DNA of 63,244 nt, filler included, from Reticulomyxa filosa (GCA_000512085.1; 20 parts of 20 records of this genome joined end to end with filler, not necessarily neighbours in it); one strand, 5' to 3'. Positions 1 to 12,161 are shown, numbered from the whole stretch's first letter. The notes: generated by a model not told the origin, from the letters alone. Made by a program: numbers and translations.

Positions 1-124
1 TTTTTTTTTTTTTTTAAAAAAAAGGGGTAGGATGGAAAAAAGGTATACGTAGACAAAACGTACAATAGCAACAACAAACAAATAAAAAATGTGGTGTGTA
101 TGTGTGTGTGGTAATTTGAAATAG

Positions 125-1214
125 GTCATACTTGACATCGTTTGGCTATGTGTTGCGAGATGTAATAGCGACATCAGTGGTGATGTATTTTGGCGGATAC
201 ATAGACCTGATTCCAAACATGATTGTGCGTCTGATAGTGTCATTTGTGTATTGCTTCGTGCTCGGGACAGTGATGATGGGTATGTGGGTGCTTGCGCACG
301 AGTGCGGCCACCAAGCTTTTTCACCGTCGTTGATTGTGAACGACACCGTGGGATGTGTGTTGCATACGATACTGTTGGTGCCTTATTGGTCATGGAAATA
401 TTCGCATGGGCAGCACCACGCAAATGCGAACTCAATGGAAAAGGACAGCGTATTCGTGCCGCGAACCGACTTGCGAATAGATTTCAAGCGAGCATCGGAG
501 CCGTCTTTATTGAAACGTGTCACCGCGCTGGTCAAGTTTTTGACAATGGGATGGATTTTGTATCTGCTTATCAATGCCGCATCAAGCAAAGTGGAAAAGC
601 CGGCTGCAAATAAAAAGAAAGGAGAAAGAGGAGCAGTTAATACCATTGCTGCAAGTTTGGGGTTGGAAACATGGAACTCACATTTCAACCCGTTTTGCAA
701 CTTGTGGCGAAATCCCGGACAGAGGATTGGCGTGGTGGGTAGTGATGTTGCGCTATTAGTATGGGTGTGGATCTTGTATCGATTGATATTGCGTTTTGGG
801 GTGATAACAATGACCAGAAATTACTTTGTGCCGTACATTTGGGTAAACGTGTGGCTGGTGATCATTACGTACTTGCAACACACCGATTTGGCAGTTCCAA
901 AGTATTACAGCGAAAAGTGGACGTGGCTGCGAGGCGCGCTTGGCACGGTCGATCGCGATTTTGGCATTATGAATGTGCTGCATCATCATATTACGGATAC
1001 CCATGTGCTTCATCATATCTTTTCCCAAATACCTCATTACCATGCCCAAGAGGCTACCAAGGCCTTGCTGGACAGCCATTTGATAGACGAGTATTACTTG
1101 TGTGACCCCACTCCTTGGTATGTCGCTCTTTGGCGCAGTTACACTCAATGTTGGTATGTGCGACATGACCAACCCATCACGTGGTTTGAATCTTTCAAAA
1201 CGAAGCATTTTTAA
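125..1214 (+). CDS. Delta-12/omega-6-type membrane fatty acid desaturase (last exon; 5' part missing)
   Basis: Three histidine boxes HECGH, HGQHH and HVLHH, plus TYLQHTD and GALGTVDRDFG motifs and transmembrane segments. Intron acceptor ATAG at 121-124 keeps the frame (SYLTSFGYVLRD). Confidence 0.93.
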
Positions 1215-2339
1215 AAACTATAACTATTATTTCCTCAGAATTTTTATACTTTCTTTTTTTTTTATAGTTTGTTTTTTTTTTTTTTTTTTTGAGTGATGAA
1301 ACTGTGTTTTATGTTGTGCGTGCGTACGTATACGTGTAATGCAAATGTACGGTGCGGATTGGATGAATTATTTTTTTTCATGTCCCGCTCCTCTTTCTCT
1401 CACACACAATTATTAACCACGTAAACAAATATCTTTTTTTGTAATTTTTTTGCCTTGTTTTATTTCGACTTCATCTTGTTAATATTTTTTTTTTTAAAAA
1501 AAACATGATATTCATCTCACTTTGATCATAAATAAGTTTTTTTTAGTTGACTTTTGTCCTTCCATGTACAAAAAGTTTTTTTTCTCACAAAAACAAGAAT
1601 AAAAAAAAATAAGCAATTATGTAGCGCCATTTTTTTTTTATTCCGCCGAATGATCCTTTTTTACTCTTTTTTTTTTGTACTTTTTGTAAATATTTCTTAA
1701 AAGTTTTCAACAAATCCTTTTTCTTTTTTTTAAATGGCTGGTCTCGACTTAATGTCACCCGAAAGGACTATTTATGTTGCTCAAATGCCATTTGATATTT
1801 GAGAAACGAAAGAATGATTTGTTCAAAAAAAAAAATGCAAAAGTCTTCAAAGTACTGGGTCTGACAATACCAACAAAAAAATTCATTTGCAAGCACTAGC
1901 AGGGACTTGTCACGGTCTGGTGGTAAAAATACTCGTGTGAAACTGATATTAGTGCATGCAAGAAAAACAAAAGGCAGTCGAAAAGGGAGAATTGTCCAAG
2001 AGATAAGCAAAGTGACATAAATTTTTTTGCTTTTTGTTTTAAATCGAGTTATTATGCTTGTATGAGTTACTTTGACTAGCAGGATGTTATGTCATCACTG
2101 TTTGGGATCAACGCCAATCGGCGAGCACTGACTTTTTGTTTTAAAATCTTCTGAACCAGACCTTTTTTTTGTTTGGCTGAAGCTTTAACGACAGCTGTTA
2201 ATCAATTAACTTTTCATTGCATTTACAATAAATTTCCATACATACCGGTATTATCTTTTTTGGATTTTTATTGTTGTCGTTAAAGAGAAGCGGAAAAAAA
2301 GATACTTTACAATTGTTTTGGCATTGTTGTTTTTTGAAT

Positions 2340-2884
2340 GAAAATGTCATGGTCGAAGGAATCAAGAAACGATTAATCCCTTGGTCTTGCCATTAAAGAT
2401 AAAATTATTTTATAAAATAATTTGATAGCTATTTATAAAAATAAAGGAGCCATTAAAATTAGATTAGATATAATAATTGTACATTTACTTGATCATTGTA
2501 TTAAATGCAATTATATCAGGAACAATCAATTTTTCGCTTGTTGTTTCTTGAATCAAATTTATTCAAATGATGTAAAAGCATATCGTAAAATATGATATCT
2601 GGAAGAGTATATTTCAATTTCGATAATACTTTAATTTTTTCTGTTTTGATAGACTAAGTTGAATATTATATTGTTAAATAACTTAACATATTTAGAAATC
2701 TTTTCATCAAGTCATAAATTCGTCATATATTAATAATATTCTTATTTTGTTGGTATTCAATCTTCAATGATTCACTATTGGTTTGAGTAATATTTTTATA
2801 AAGAATCACAAAAATACAACCTATTCTTTTCAAAGTGCATTTATTGATTAAAGAATTGTCCTTATTTTGTTAAAATCTTTTCAT
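2340..2884 (-). pseudogene. Decayed PPR-protein paralog
   Basis: Minus-strand fragments LPDIIFYDMLLHHL-NKFD and LIVPDIIAFNTMIK* match the intact PPR ORF at 60623 (HPDIIFYTTILHHLGMWNKFD; LLVPDIITFSTMIKG). Multiple stops and frameshifts. Confidence 0.65.
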
Positions 2885-3227
2885 TTATCCAATTTCAACA
2901 AACTTTTCTTACATCTATCATTGTACTCTTCGAAATAAAAAAGATTTATATCATGAATTACTACAAAGACAATGTTGTTCGATTATATACAAAAAAACAC
3001 AACGCTTGAAATACCTTGCAATTTATTTTGATATTTGGATAAAATTTTCGTTAATTAGCTTTTCAATTCTTTAAAAAACATTGAATGCAGCTTTTTCAAA
3101 ACAACAAAGTAAGCTAAAACACATCATTTAATTAAATCAAACAAGTTTAATATCAACTTACTTTTCTTTTAATCAAAATTTTCAAACAAAAAAAATTCTT
3201 TCATTTCTTATTCGACAAAAAAGTAAA

Positions 3228-3547
3228 TTATCCCCAAATACGAATGGGACCTTTGCTTGAACCATAACACAAATTCAAATCATATTTAACATTATTTGCC
3301 TTATCTTTCTTTTTCAATACAATAAATTTAAGACAGATTATTCCATTATCTCCTTCATCTCCTTTGATGATATACAATTCATCTTTATTTGATCGAATAT
3401 CCCAAAAACGGATTGTATTATCTTCTGATCCAGAACATATCACATTTGAATTACCGATACTATTCTTTATCGCAAATGGTGAATATTCAACAGACGATAC
3501 TCCGTTTGTATGTCCATTGAACACTTGAATTTGTTGACCAGATCGAA
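3228..3547 (-). CDS. WD40-repeat protein, C-terminal fragment
   Basis: FNGHTNGVSSVEYSP...ICSGSEDNTIRFWDIRS and GPIRIWG* end. Same family as 36987-37825. Truncated by the contig end. Confidence 0.9.
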
Positions 3548-3647
3548 NNNNNNNNNNNNNNNNNNNNNNNNNNNNNNNNNNNNNNNNNNNNTTAATTAAT
3601 TAANNNNNNNNNNNNNNNNNNNNNNNNNNNNNNNNNNNNNNNNNNNN
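3548..3647. other. Artificial contig-joining spacer (N44-TTAATTAATTAA-N44), first of 19
   Basis: Identical 100-nt spacer with stops in all six frames starts at 3548, 12170, 16180, 21606, 23087, 24422, 31241, 34433, 38261, 39720, 41246, 42362, 43738, 46232, 48129, 51613, 53943, 59824 and 61215. It divides the window into 20 unlinked contigs. Confidence 0.99.
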
Positions 3648-4412
3648 CTTATCATTCCGTACACGTTGACAAAGAGACGAAATATTGAACACGAAGTAAA
3701 AATCAATGTGGTACTTGTTGGAGCGACTGGAGTCGGTAAAACTTCTGTTATCGACTGTTTCGCACGTGAGTTAAAAAACTCCTTTTTACTAAAAAAAAAA
3801 AAAAAAAAAATAAATACACATAAAAATGTGTACAAGCTCTAAACGCGGATGATATCCTTGTTTCGAGCAACAAAGAGATTGACATGCATATCAAAAAAAT
3901 ATGCATTGAAAACTTGCTTGTCCACTGTGAGCTATGGGATCTTCAGAAAGTTTGTACAGAAATAGTACTTAGTACATTTTTTTCTGCCGCAAAAGTAAAA
4001 CCTCTTGAGATAGAACGCATGTTCTGTAAAAACAATCACAACAATAAAAAAGAGGCGGCTGCAAACGTTGACACGTCCATGCTATCATGGAGCCGACATT
4101 ATTGCTCTTATGTATAGTGTAAGTGATAGACAAAGCTTTCGATATTTGACAAGTTGGATGCAAGATCTGAAGGAAAGAGATAACAAAAGATTGCTGATCG
4201 TACTTGGAAATAAAAGTGACCTGCCGCTAGCAATGCCGCAATACGAGGTCGAAACAATCTGTTCAAAGTATGATAACGTCAAATGTTTTGGAAAGATTAG
4301 TGCAAAGACAAAAGAAAATATTTTTCAAGCCTTTGAGTTTATGCTGACAGAAAAACTTAAAGAAATGTACGTGCAATGTCCCAGATGCGATGCATTTGTA
4401 ACAATGCCATAA
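3648..4412 (+). CDS. Divergent Rab/Ras-superfamily small GTPase (5' partial, 3 exons)
   Basis: P-loop GATGVGKTS, G4 GNKSDL, G5 SAK. Frame-compatible GT-AG introns at 3766-3836 and 3950-4052. G2 and G3 motifs are degenerate. Confidence 0.85.
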
Positions 4413-4676
4413 GCAGAATTTTAATACTTATTAAAAATAAAAAAAAAGCAAGTAATCACATTATTGTACTATTGTTGAGTTACAACCCAATTGCCAACAG
4501 TAGAAACGGGTTGAACATTGCAAATTGCTTTTTTTTTTTCGTATAAACTTCATTGTAAAGCTTTTATTATTGTACCTTTTTTTTTTCAAGTCCTACTTGA
4601 CATGATCGATAGAAAATGTTTGAAATTTATATATGGTCGATTAGAAATTGGGGGGGGGATGCAATAGTAGATAGGT

Positions 4677-6631
4677 CTATACAACCTTGCGTTGCTCCAA
4701 AATGAAGACAGAATCATTTTGATAATTAAGGTAATGGTCAGATAATATGAACCCGCATAGAAAATAGCAAAACAATGTAACAAAGGAAAACGTCTGTACA
4801 TGTGCCAACGTGACAAAATGTACAATCACTCGGAACCACATTTGTAGCGAGTACCTCACACCCCAAGTACTTCCTATTCACCATGTCATGCCTTTTGTTG
4901 CATAAGTGAAAGAGTTTAATGCAATCACTTTGCCATCTAATTTTTCTTGTTTCTGTTTTCGGATACTATTTTTCTTGCTCGTTTTCATAAGTAAACTGAC
5001 AATGTCGTAATCACTCCATGTATTATCCCATGTGACAAGAGATTTGTTTGTCGACAAATGTTGTTTGGCCAGCATCTTTAGCAGTTCCATGGATTGATCG
5101 TATCAAAACCAAAGACATTCATTTCCGTATGATCGTGAATAAAAGAAATGTCCACCATATTCGCAGAGCCAATTGTAAAGTACTTTCCATCCACAACACA
5201 TAACTTGGAGTGCACATAAATAGGTCTATATTCGTAAGTGCAAGAAGTATCTTGCTCTATGAACACGTCACAATTACATAATCCGGCCAATAAAAAATTG
5301 TCAAATTGTTGCAACGAAGACAGCATTTCGAATGTGTCATGATATCGCGGTTGCTGCAATTTGACATTACTATTTGCCTTTGCTTGCAACGCAAAATCCA
5401 GACTTTGATGTTTACACTCCACAATAATTTTCAATGGAGTGATGGGGACCAAATAAAATACTTTCAATTGTGAATTACAACTCAACAAGTCTTTCAGTAA
5501 TTTTAAAATCTTGTATTCCCCGCAATGCTGCGACTCCAAATAAATGGTCGATTTTGCCGTGCCAAGAATTTCTAAATACAATCTGTAAATGCTACTTTCA
5601 CCATTTTCATAAGTTACACCTATTCATTCCCAAATAAACAAACACTTCTTGCATTTGATCTACGTATCCTTGCACGTATGCAAAAAAAAAAAAAAAAGAC
5701 GCACTCCCTTCTTTCCCCTCCCCCCAAATGGTCTTCGAATGGTAGAAGAAATACCAGGATACAACTTTGGACTCACAGTCCAAGCAATTTGGGTGGTAAT
5801 ACCGTCTTGACTGTCGTGATTGTGTTGTTTGCTCCATTGTTGCTTAACATCATTAAGCGAGATGTCGACAGTGTGTTGGAAGAGCTTCTCGTGACAAAAA
5901 TTGTGCTGGATATTTGTCTTGTGCAGGTAGTCGTCATGACAGTGATTCCATCGCAAAATAAAGTTTTCCATGACGTCGACAACTGCCTCTCCTTGCAGGA
6001 TCACTCCGGTGTCGTGCGTTTGGGATGCGTTTGTCATCACAATGCCGCCAATGAATGCATAAGTGTAATCAATGATATGATTCTTTTGGTGATGGCAATG
6101 ATGCTTGTTTGGTGACTCATCCCAACGAAATTGAATGTACTTGTCCAATTCATATTTACTTATGTGATCTTCCCAATCTCTTTTTTTACTTCCAGTGTTT
6201 ATATTCTCATCTCCCCAAATTCTTTTGTCATTAGTCCAAAACAACACTCGGATGTCCAACTTTGGATTCTTTTCTTTCAAGTTTTTTAGGTGTTGCCACC
6301 AAGGTATTCGGATCTCTGAAGATGCTTTCCTGCTTGACTTCTGTTGCACCACAAATTCAAAATCCCAATTCACAAAAGAAACCGCACACCAAATGCATGT
6401 TTTTGCTTCGCTCCAATACTTGTATAATTCACTATTATACTTGGTAATATTCTCCAAGAACTTCACTTTGGTGTGCTTTCGTTTTGGATAAGAGAATGAG
6501 GAGACAAACAAGTCATCTTTGGCTTCAAATTTGGTTTCCTCTTTTGACATGCACAAAAATAGTCTTGTTAATTTTGATTTGGGTAAATTTTGTTCAAACA
6601 AAGGGCTAGAACCTTTGTTGACAAAAATCAA
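4677..6631 (-). CDS. Phospholipase D / cardiolipin-synthase-like protein with two HKD motifs (disrupted in this assembly)
   Basis: HHQKNHIID-x6-GG and VHSKLCVVD-x6-GSAN, with linker GESSIYRLY...IYLESQH. One intron at about 5620-5704. Apparent frame breaks near 5720 and 5098, and an in-frame TGA at 4878-4880. Confidence 0.85.
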
Positions 6632-6961
6632 AATGGGGCAATATTCATTGATGTGATATTTTTTATTAATATTTTATTGTGCACTATATCTAAGTACCAA
6701 ACCAAAGTCATTGACGCGAGCTAAGAAAATCAATTTTTGAACGACTTTTATAAATAAGTAATCAATCTGCCATTACTACACAAAAACTTTTACTTCGAAT
6801 AAATTGCAAGTTGGGAGAGAAAAAAAGGGGGCGATATTCAAGAGTTATTTTTCAAAAATCGACTGGTTCGCTCAAAGTGTTCTATGAAGGGTGCTTAAAT
6901 CAACATTTGTTTCCTTAAAAACAAAACACCAAAAAAAAACAAAGTACAAGAAAATTCAAAT

Positions 6962-8003
6962 TTATTGTTTTCCAGTTTTCTTCTTTGATCTTCTTGTTTT
7001 CTTTTTTCCACTATCATCTGTTGCTGTTTGTTCTTTGGCTGGAGCTTTTTGCTCTTTTGGTTTCTTTGCTTTCTTTTTTCCTCCATCTTCGTCAGCTTCT
7101 TGTTTTTTGGGGGCTGTTTTTGCAGCTTGTTCGTCAGCATCTTTTTTGGCTTGTTTGACTTTTCGTTTTTCTCTTCGCTGCTCTCTTCGGGCTACTTTTC
7201 CTCTTGACGTGTTGGTTTTCGGGGCTCTGTTGGCGCTGCTTCTGGGGCTGCTTTAGGAACAGGTTTTGGTGCTGGTTTCTTCTTTTGTACAACTTTCTTC
7301 TTTGGTCTTTCCTTTCCTTGTAAGCGCTTGCCGCGTCTAGCAGCTTGTACTTTGCGTACAATACGCGACTCTTCAGTTAAAAATGCACGGATGATTCTGT
7401 CATTGTTTACACAATGGAATCAACGTTTTTTAATTTGGTTTTTTAATGTTGTCCGTTTGATTTTGCAAATAGAACGGAAAGGGCAAAAAAAAGGACCCCT
7501 TAGTTTGTTTTTGTTTGGAATGTTAACATAATCAAATAAATTTCGCTCTGAAAATTCGCACAAAAAAAAAAACAAGTAAATGATACAATCATACCTGGCT
7601 CGGAGAGCAATGTGGGACAAATTTCCACCGTACGCACGTGAAACAGATTTTCTCTTTATTTGAGCTGTTGTCAATAGGCGGTTTTTATAGTTGCCACGGT
7701 TTGGCACAAGTCCTCGCAATGGCTTTCCTGTGTCAGCGCATTTTGGGATTGAACGCTGTTTCAAATGCAATTTCTTCAAATATTGGATCACTATTCGACT
7801 TCCAGGAGTACGAACTCTGTGGTAAACACACAAGGTTATTTTTAGTCCTACTTTTGTTTTTTATAAAGAGGGACAATTGCATGAGCTTGGCCTCGTCTCA
7901 AGCAACAAACTCAACACTTTTGCTGTTATAACTTTCTGAAGTAATTGCTTCGAGTGTTGTAAGGATTTCTCGTTCTGTATGTGATACGTGCATCGGCTGG
8001 CAT
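6962..8003 (-). CDS. RPL34: 60S ribosomal protein L34 (eL34) with long K/A/E/P-rich C-terminal tail, 3 exons
   Basis: Spliced product [39 protein letters not shown]...PKCADTGKPLRG...VSRAYGGNLSH...RIIRAFLTEESRIV. As assembled the frame stops at 7192-7194; a -1 frame continues a coding-like tail to TAA at 6962-6964. Confidence 0.92.
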
Positions 8004-8423
8004 TTGGCTTTACTGGTTGTAATTTGATTGCAATTAACCAAAAAAAAGTCAAACAATTTCCACCTTTCTGCTTCCTTTCAAAAAAAAACAGTTGAAGCTG
8101 CAACTTTTTGTAAAAAAGTAATATAATCGTAGTCAAAAATTATCAACAAAAGTGTTCACATATCCCATAATATGAATGAAAGCTTTAAAACCTTCATTGC
8201 TCTGGGCATTCAACAATTGAGTAACACTGTATAGTCCTCAAGTTTAACATAAAAACTTTGACTGTTAGCTTGCCTACAATGTAAAAGTAAAATGCTCAAA
8301 AAATCGACTTTGTATTGAAATATCTATGTCCACAATTTTTTCAAACAACACCGCTTTGGAAACTTTTTGACGTCAACAATAAATATGCTAATGAGCTAAA
8401 AAAAATTATTTACTCTTTATGCC
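8004..8423. promoter_or_regulatory. Probable bidirectional promoter between RPL34 and IFT52
   Basis: Head-to-head start codons about 420 bp apart. No specific elements identified. Confidence 0.4.
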
Positions 8424-10239
8424 ATGATGACAAACGGAACTCCTGTTTTAGATGATCATAGACAAATTTTGATTGATCATTCAAAAAGTAGTCAGTTGTC
8501 GGAAGGTTATGAAAAATTTCATCGCCGACTGCAGTCCATTTATCGTGTGCACATGTTATTTTTAATTTTTCTTTTCCTTTGCTCCTTCGGTCAGACTTGA
8601 CAACCAACAATTTCTTCGAAAACATATGGAATAAAAAACAGTGACAAAGATGAATTGAGTTTGGATCGTCTTCAGTCAGTATCGTTAGTAATCTTAGCCT
8701 CTCCACGACAGTGCATAGATAGCCACGAAATTCGGGCATTGTCTGATTATGTTGAAAACGGAGGGAGCCTTTTGATATTGGGCAAAGGTTTCAAAGAAGA
8801 CGAGTCTGGATCTCGTCAATATATTAACCAACTAGCTTCTCAGTTTGGGATCAGTTGCAATGCTGATTGTGTTATTAGAACAGTGCAAACATCTGAATAT
8901 TTTCATCCCAAGGTTGTTTTTAAAAAAAAAATTCAAGGTAAGAACTTTTAAACAGAAGGGGTGTGAACTGTGAAACAGGAAGCACTTATCGAAAATTCGT
9001 GCATAAATAATGAATTTTTGCAGTTCATGATTCAACTTAAACAAGTTAGTGAGTTTGTTTTTACTTCAGAGTAAATAAATGTGCATTCATTATAACAGAA
9101 ATCCCGCAAAAGTAATGACGAGCAACAACACAGTGAAGAAGCAGTAATCAATTTGATTTACCCTCATGGCTGTACTATTGGAATAAATAGTCAAGAGAAA
9201 GGAATTATAGTTCCTCTATTATCATCTCAGGATCTATGTTTTCCAATGAAACAAATCATAGGAGCTCTCTACTCGCACAACAACGACAAAGGAGGTATCG
9301 TTGTTGTGTTGGGATGTCATCAATTATTTCACGATTCTTACATTTCTAAAGAAGATAACATGACATTGCTAATGGCTTTGACAGAATATTTAACGACTCC
9401 AAATCAAAAACGAGTTTGTTTGTTTTTTTTAATCATATATTCGATTATTCATTCAGAGTTTTTTGCTTTAGATAAAATTGCAAAAACTAAGCAAGATTGG
9501 GGACAAGAATGTTGAAACGCTACCTAATGAAAAAAAAAGAAATGTTTCCGATATTGAATCACTCTCCAATCGAATTCAATGCTGCTTGCAAGAACCTGAA
9601 GACTTGCCAGACTTTGAAAATCTATTCCATCTCAAGCAGTTCTCTTTTCAGAACCATAAGTTACCAGATGTCATCAAATTATATAAGCAACTGCACATCA
9701 AGTGTGAACCTTTGTCGCTAATCCCCCCACAAGTTCAATGTTGATGTCTTACGCTTTTTTGTGTTCGAAGCGTTACTTTAACGATTTCTCAATTTGGCTG
9801 TACAGTTTGAGACACCATTGCCACCTTTAAAACCGGCGGTTTTTCCTCCGACATTCTTGGAACCCCCTCCACCAGCACTAGAATTGTTTGATATTGACGA
9901 AGAATTGTCGTCTCCTTTGATAAAATTGAATCAATTTTATCACAAATGTTTGCTTTGTCCTGCTCTTTCCATTTCAATCAATGTTACTAATTTTAAAAAA
10001 TTACTATAGGTTGTGATGAAAAAGATTTGCAAATGTATATTCAAGGTTGTGCGGATATTTTAGAACTTGATAGCAGACTCGAAGAACTTGATCTTCACTC
10101 AAAGCGTGATATTGCTTTGTCGACTGACAAACGATGCAAAAAAATATTGGAAATTGTATTTCACGACTTGTTGAAGTGGAAACAAGTTGCGGGACCAAAC
10201 ACAGGTGAAAAAGATAATACGTGTATCAACGAAATCTAA
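8424..10239 (+). CDS. IFT52: Intraflagellar transport protein 52, multi-exon
   Basis: GYEKFHRRL; YVENGGSLLILG; GISCNADCVIRTV...YFHPK; IYPHGCT; and the diagnostic LIPPQ-FETPLPPLKPAVFPPTFLEPPPPALELFDIDEELSS. Short GT-AG introns. Confidence 0.92.
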
Positions 10240-11999
10240 AGGCAAGCCGAACATAGTGTGTTTTTATTTTATTTTAGTTTGTCCATTTCTATTGCAAATT
10301 TTTGAACAATCGAAATTTATGACATTGTTAGTTAAAACAATAACTAAGTTTAAACATCAATGTTTTCAATGAAAAATTATACGTTCACGCCTGCGTTAAA
10401 CATTTCTGTAAAATTTATTAATAAATCGCACAGAATAAAATTTTTATCTGTACGGACGTCATTTAAAAATATTTCAAATAAATATCGATTTTGAATAAAA
10501 TTACAAATGCTCATTTTAAGCAATGATATTTCTAATAAACGCCATAAACTCAACTATAAAACTTATTTTTTAAAAAAAGACTAGTTTTGTTTCCATATAG
10601 GGACTGCAAAGCTCAATGTTACATTAAAAAAATATTGTTTCGTCAAGTAGAACTTTGTAATTTATTTTTTTTTTGAAGAGGGCAAGCTGATGGGCAACAA
10701 TTCTTCCAAGAAACAAAAGACTTATCTGCTACCAACGAAAAATGTAGAAAAAAAGATTTCACCTAAAACTACGATAGGAGTTTGACAAAGGAACATCGAG
10801 CAGTGATAAAAGAGGTTTTAGTCATCTTGCAAGATTTAACGTTATATTTTTCTCTGTACTCGGGAATAAAGCAATTTTGAAGCATATTATCGTTTGATAC
10901 TTACAGACATTTGTGATATCAATCGCGACAATTCCTTGTCAATTATTATTTATTCACGATATGTTGATTCTTATTTTTTAATTGTTGTCAGGAGCTTCAT
11001 TTCCCAATGAATACAAATAAAACTGAATTAAGATTCTGGCAAGGCGATGCTAGTCTCACGTTCTGCCGAAGAATATAAGTTTATTTGAAAAGATGTTTCA
11101 GAGTTTCACTAACTGGTAGTACACTACAATATATTTCCCTTTTGTGTCATATATGTAATTTGATAGTGTGAATTTGCATATTTTGTGGCAGCTGATTGAA
11201 TATCTAATTGTTATTCTTACATACTAACTCAAGGTTTCAATTTCATTTGAATCGTTCAATGGCTCAAAAGGAGATTTTGACTTGTAGAATTTACAATCTA
11301 ATAGTTCAAGTGTTTTGCATAAAATATATTCAAATATACATACACAAACTAATGAAATGATATAACGTTTCCACATGTTATAAAAGAGATACAAAATGCA
11401 AAAGAAATTTAAGACATAAAATGGCAAATTTTAAAGATGATTGATTTTCTTCATAAAAAAACGGTATTTATACAATATTTTTTGTTTTGAAAAATATATA
11501 CTGATCTTGTAGTTTCTAAATATTATTTTAGTTTTTATTAAATCTTTAATAATTGTTTGAAAAATGTAAATAATTTTTCAACAAATTTTCGTTTTAATAA
11601 AGAATGGATTACTTTTGGAAATTTGTTGCCGTTTTTGTTGTTTTTTTAGTGTCTTTTTGTATTTTATTTTGTATTATTAGTTTTTCTTTTTGCATTTACA
11701 TGTTTTATTAAAATTATCATTTATGTTCTTTTTTATTTTCTAAATAGTTACAATAACCAAAATGATGTTTGAAAATTCTTGTTTGATTTATTTTAATCAA
11801 TATTTGTCTAGTTTATTATGTCAGTATCACTTGAACAAAGATAGATTATAACTCTATTAATGATTTTTCAACAATTTTGTTTATTTGTTTTCATTGATAA
11901 ATCGTGGAAAATATTATGGTGGAACATTTTAAAGTTGGCAAATTTCATTATTACAATGTAGTCACAACAATTTTGAAAAATCAATACAATATTCAAACA

Positions 12000-12161
12000 A
12001 TTAGTAAATATTTAATAAAAAACAAAACAATATTTAAAACTACACTATTCATAGATATTTTTCAAAATAAATTAGGTCTAAATTGCTGTTTCTTCATGAA
12101 GAAAATCAATCATCTATGTAAGGTACCATTTTAGGTGTAGACTTTCTTTTACGTTCTACTA
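12000..12161. mobile_element. Diverged solo terminal inverted repeat related to the Tc1-like element at 15037-16078
   Basis: catctatgtaaggtaccattttaggtgtagactttctttt resembles the right TIR catctatataaggtggtattttaggtgtcaactttctttt. Similarity extends over roughly 150 bp. Confidence 0.7.

Noticed and set aside
1751-1864. Short ORF MSPERTIYVAQMPFDIL... resembling an RRM start
   Set aside because: Only 37 codons and no second RNP motif or clear splice continuation.
3548-3647. Regularly recurring TTAATTAATTAA motif flanked by Ns, superficially a dispersed repeat
   Set aside because: Identical 100-nt synthetic spacer with six-frame stops; not biological. ORFs running into X residues are artefacts.
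10690-10786. Short ORF beginning MGNNSSKK (myristoylation-like)
   Set aside because: Stops after about 31 codons with no supportable downstream exon.
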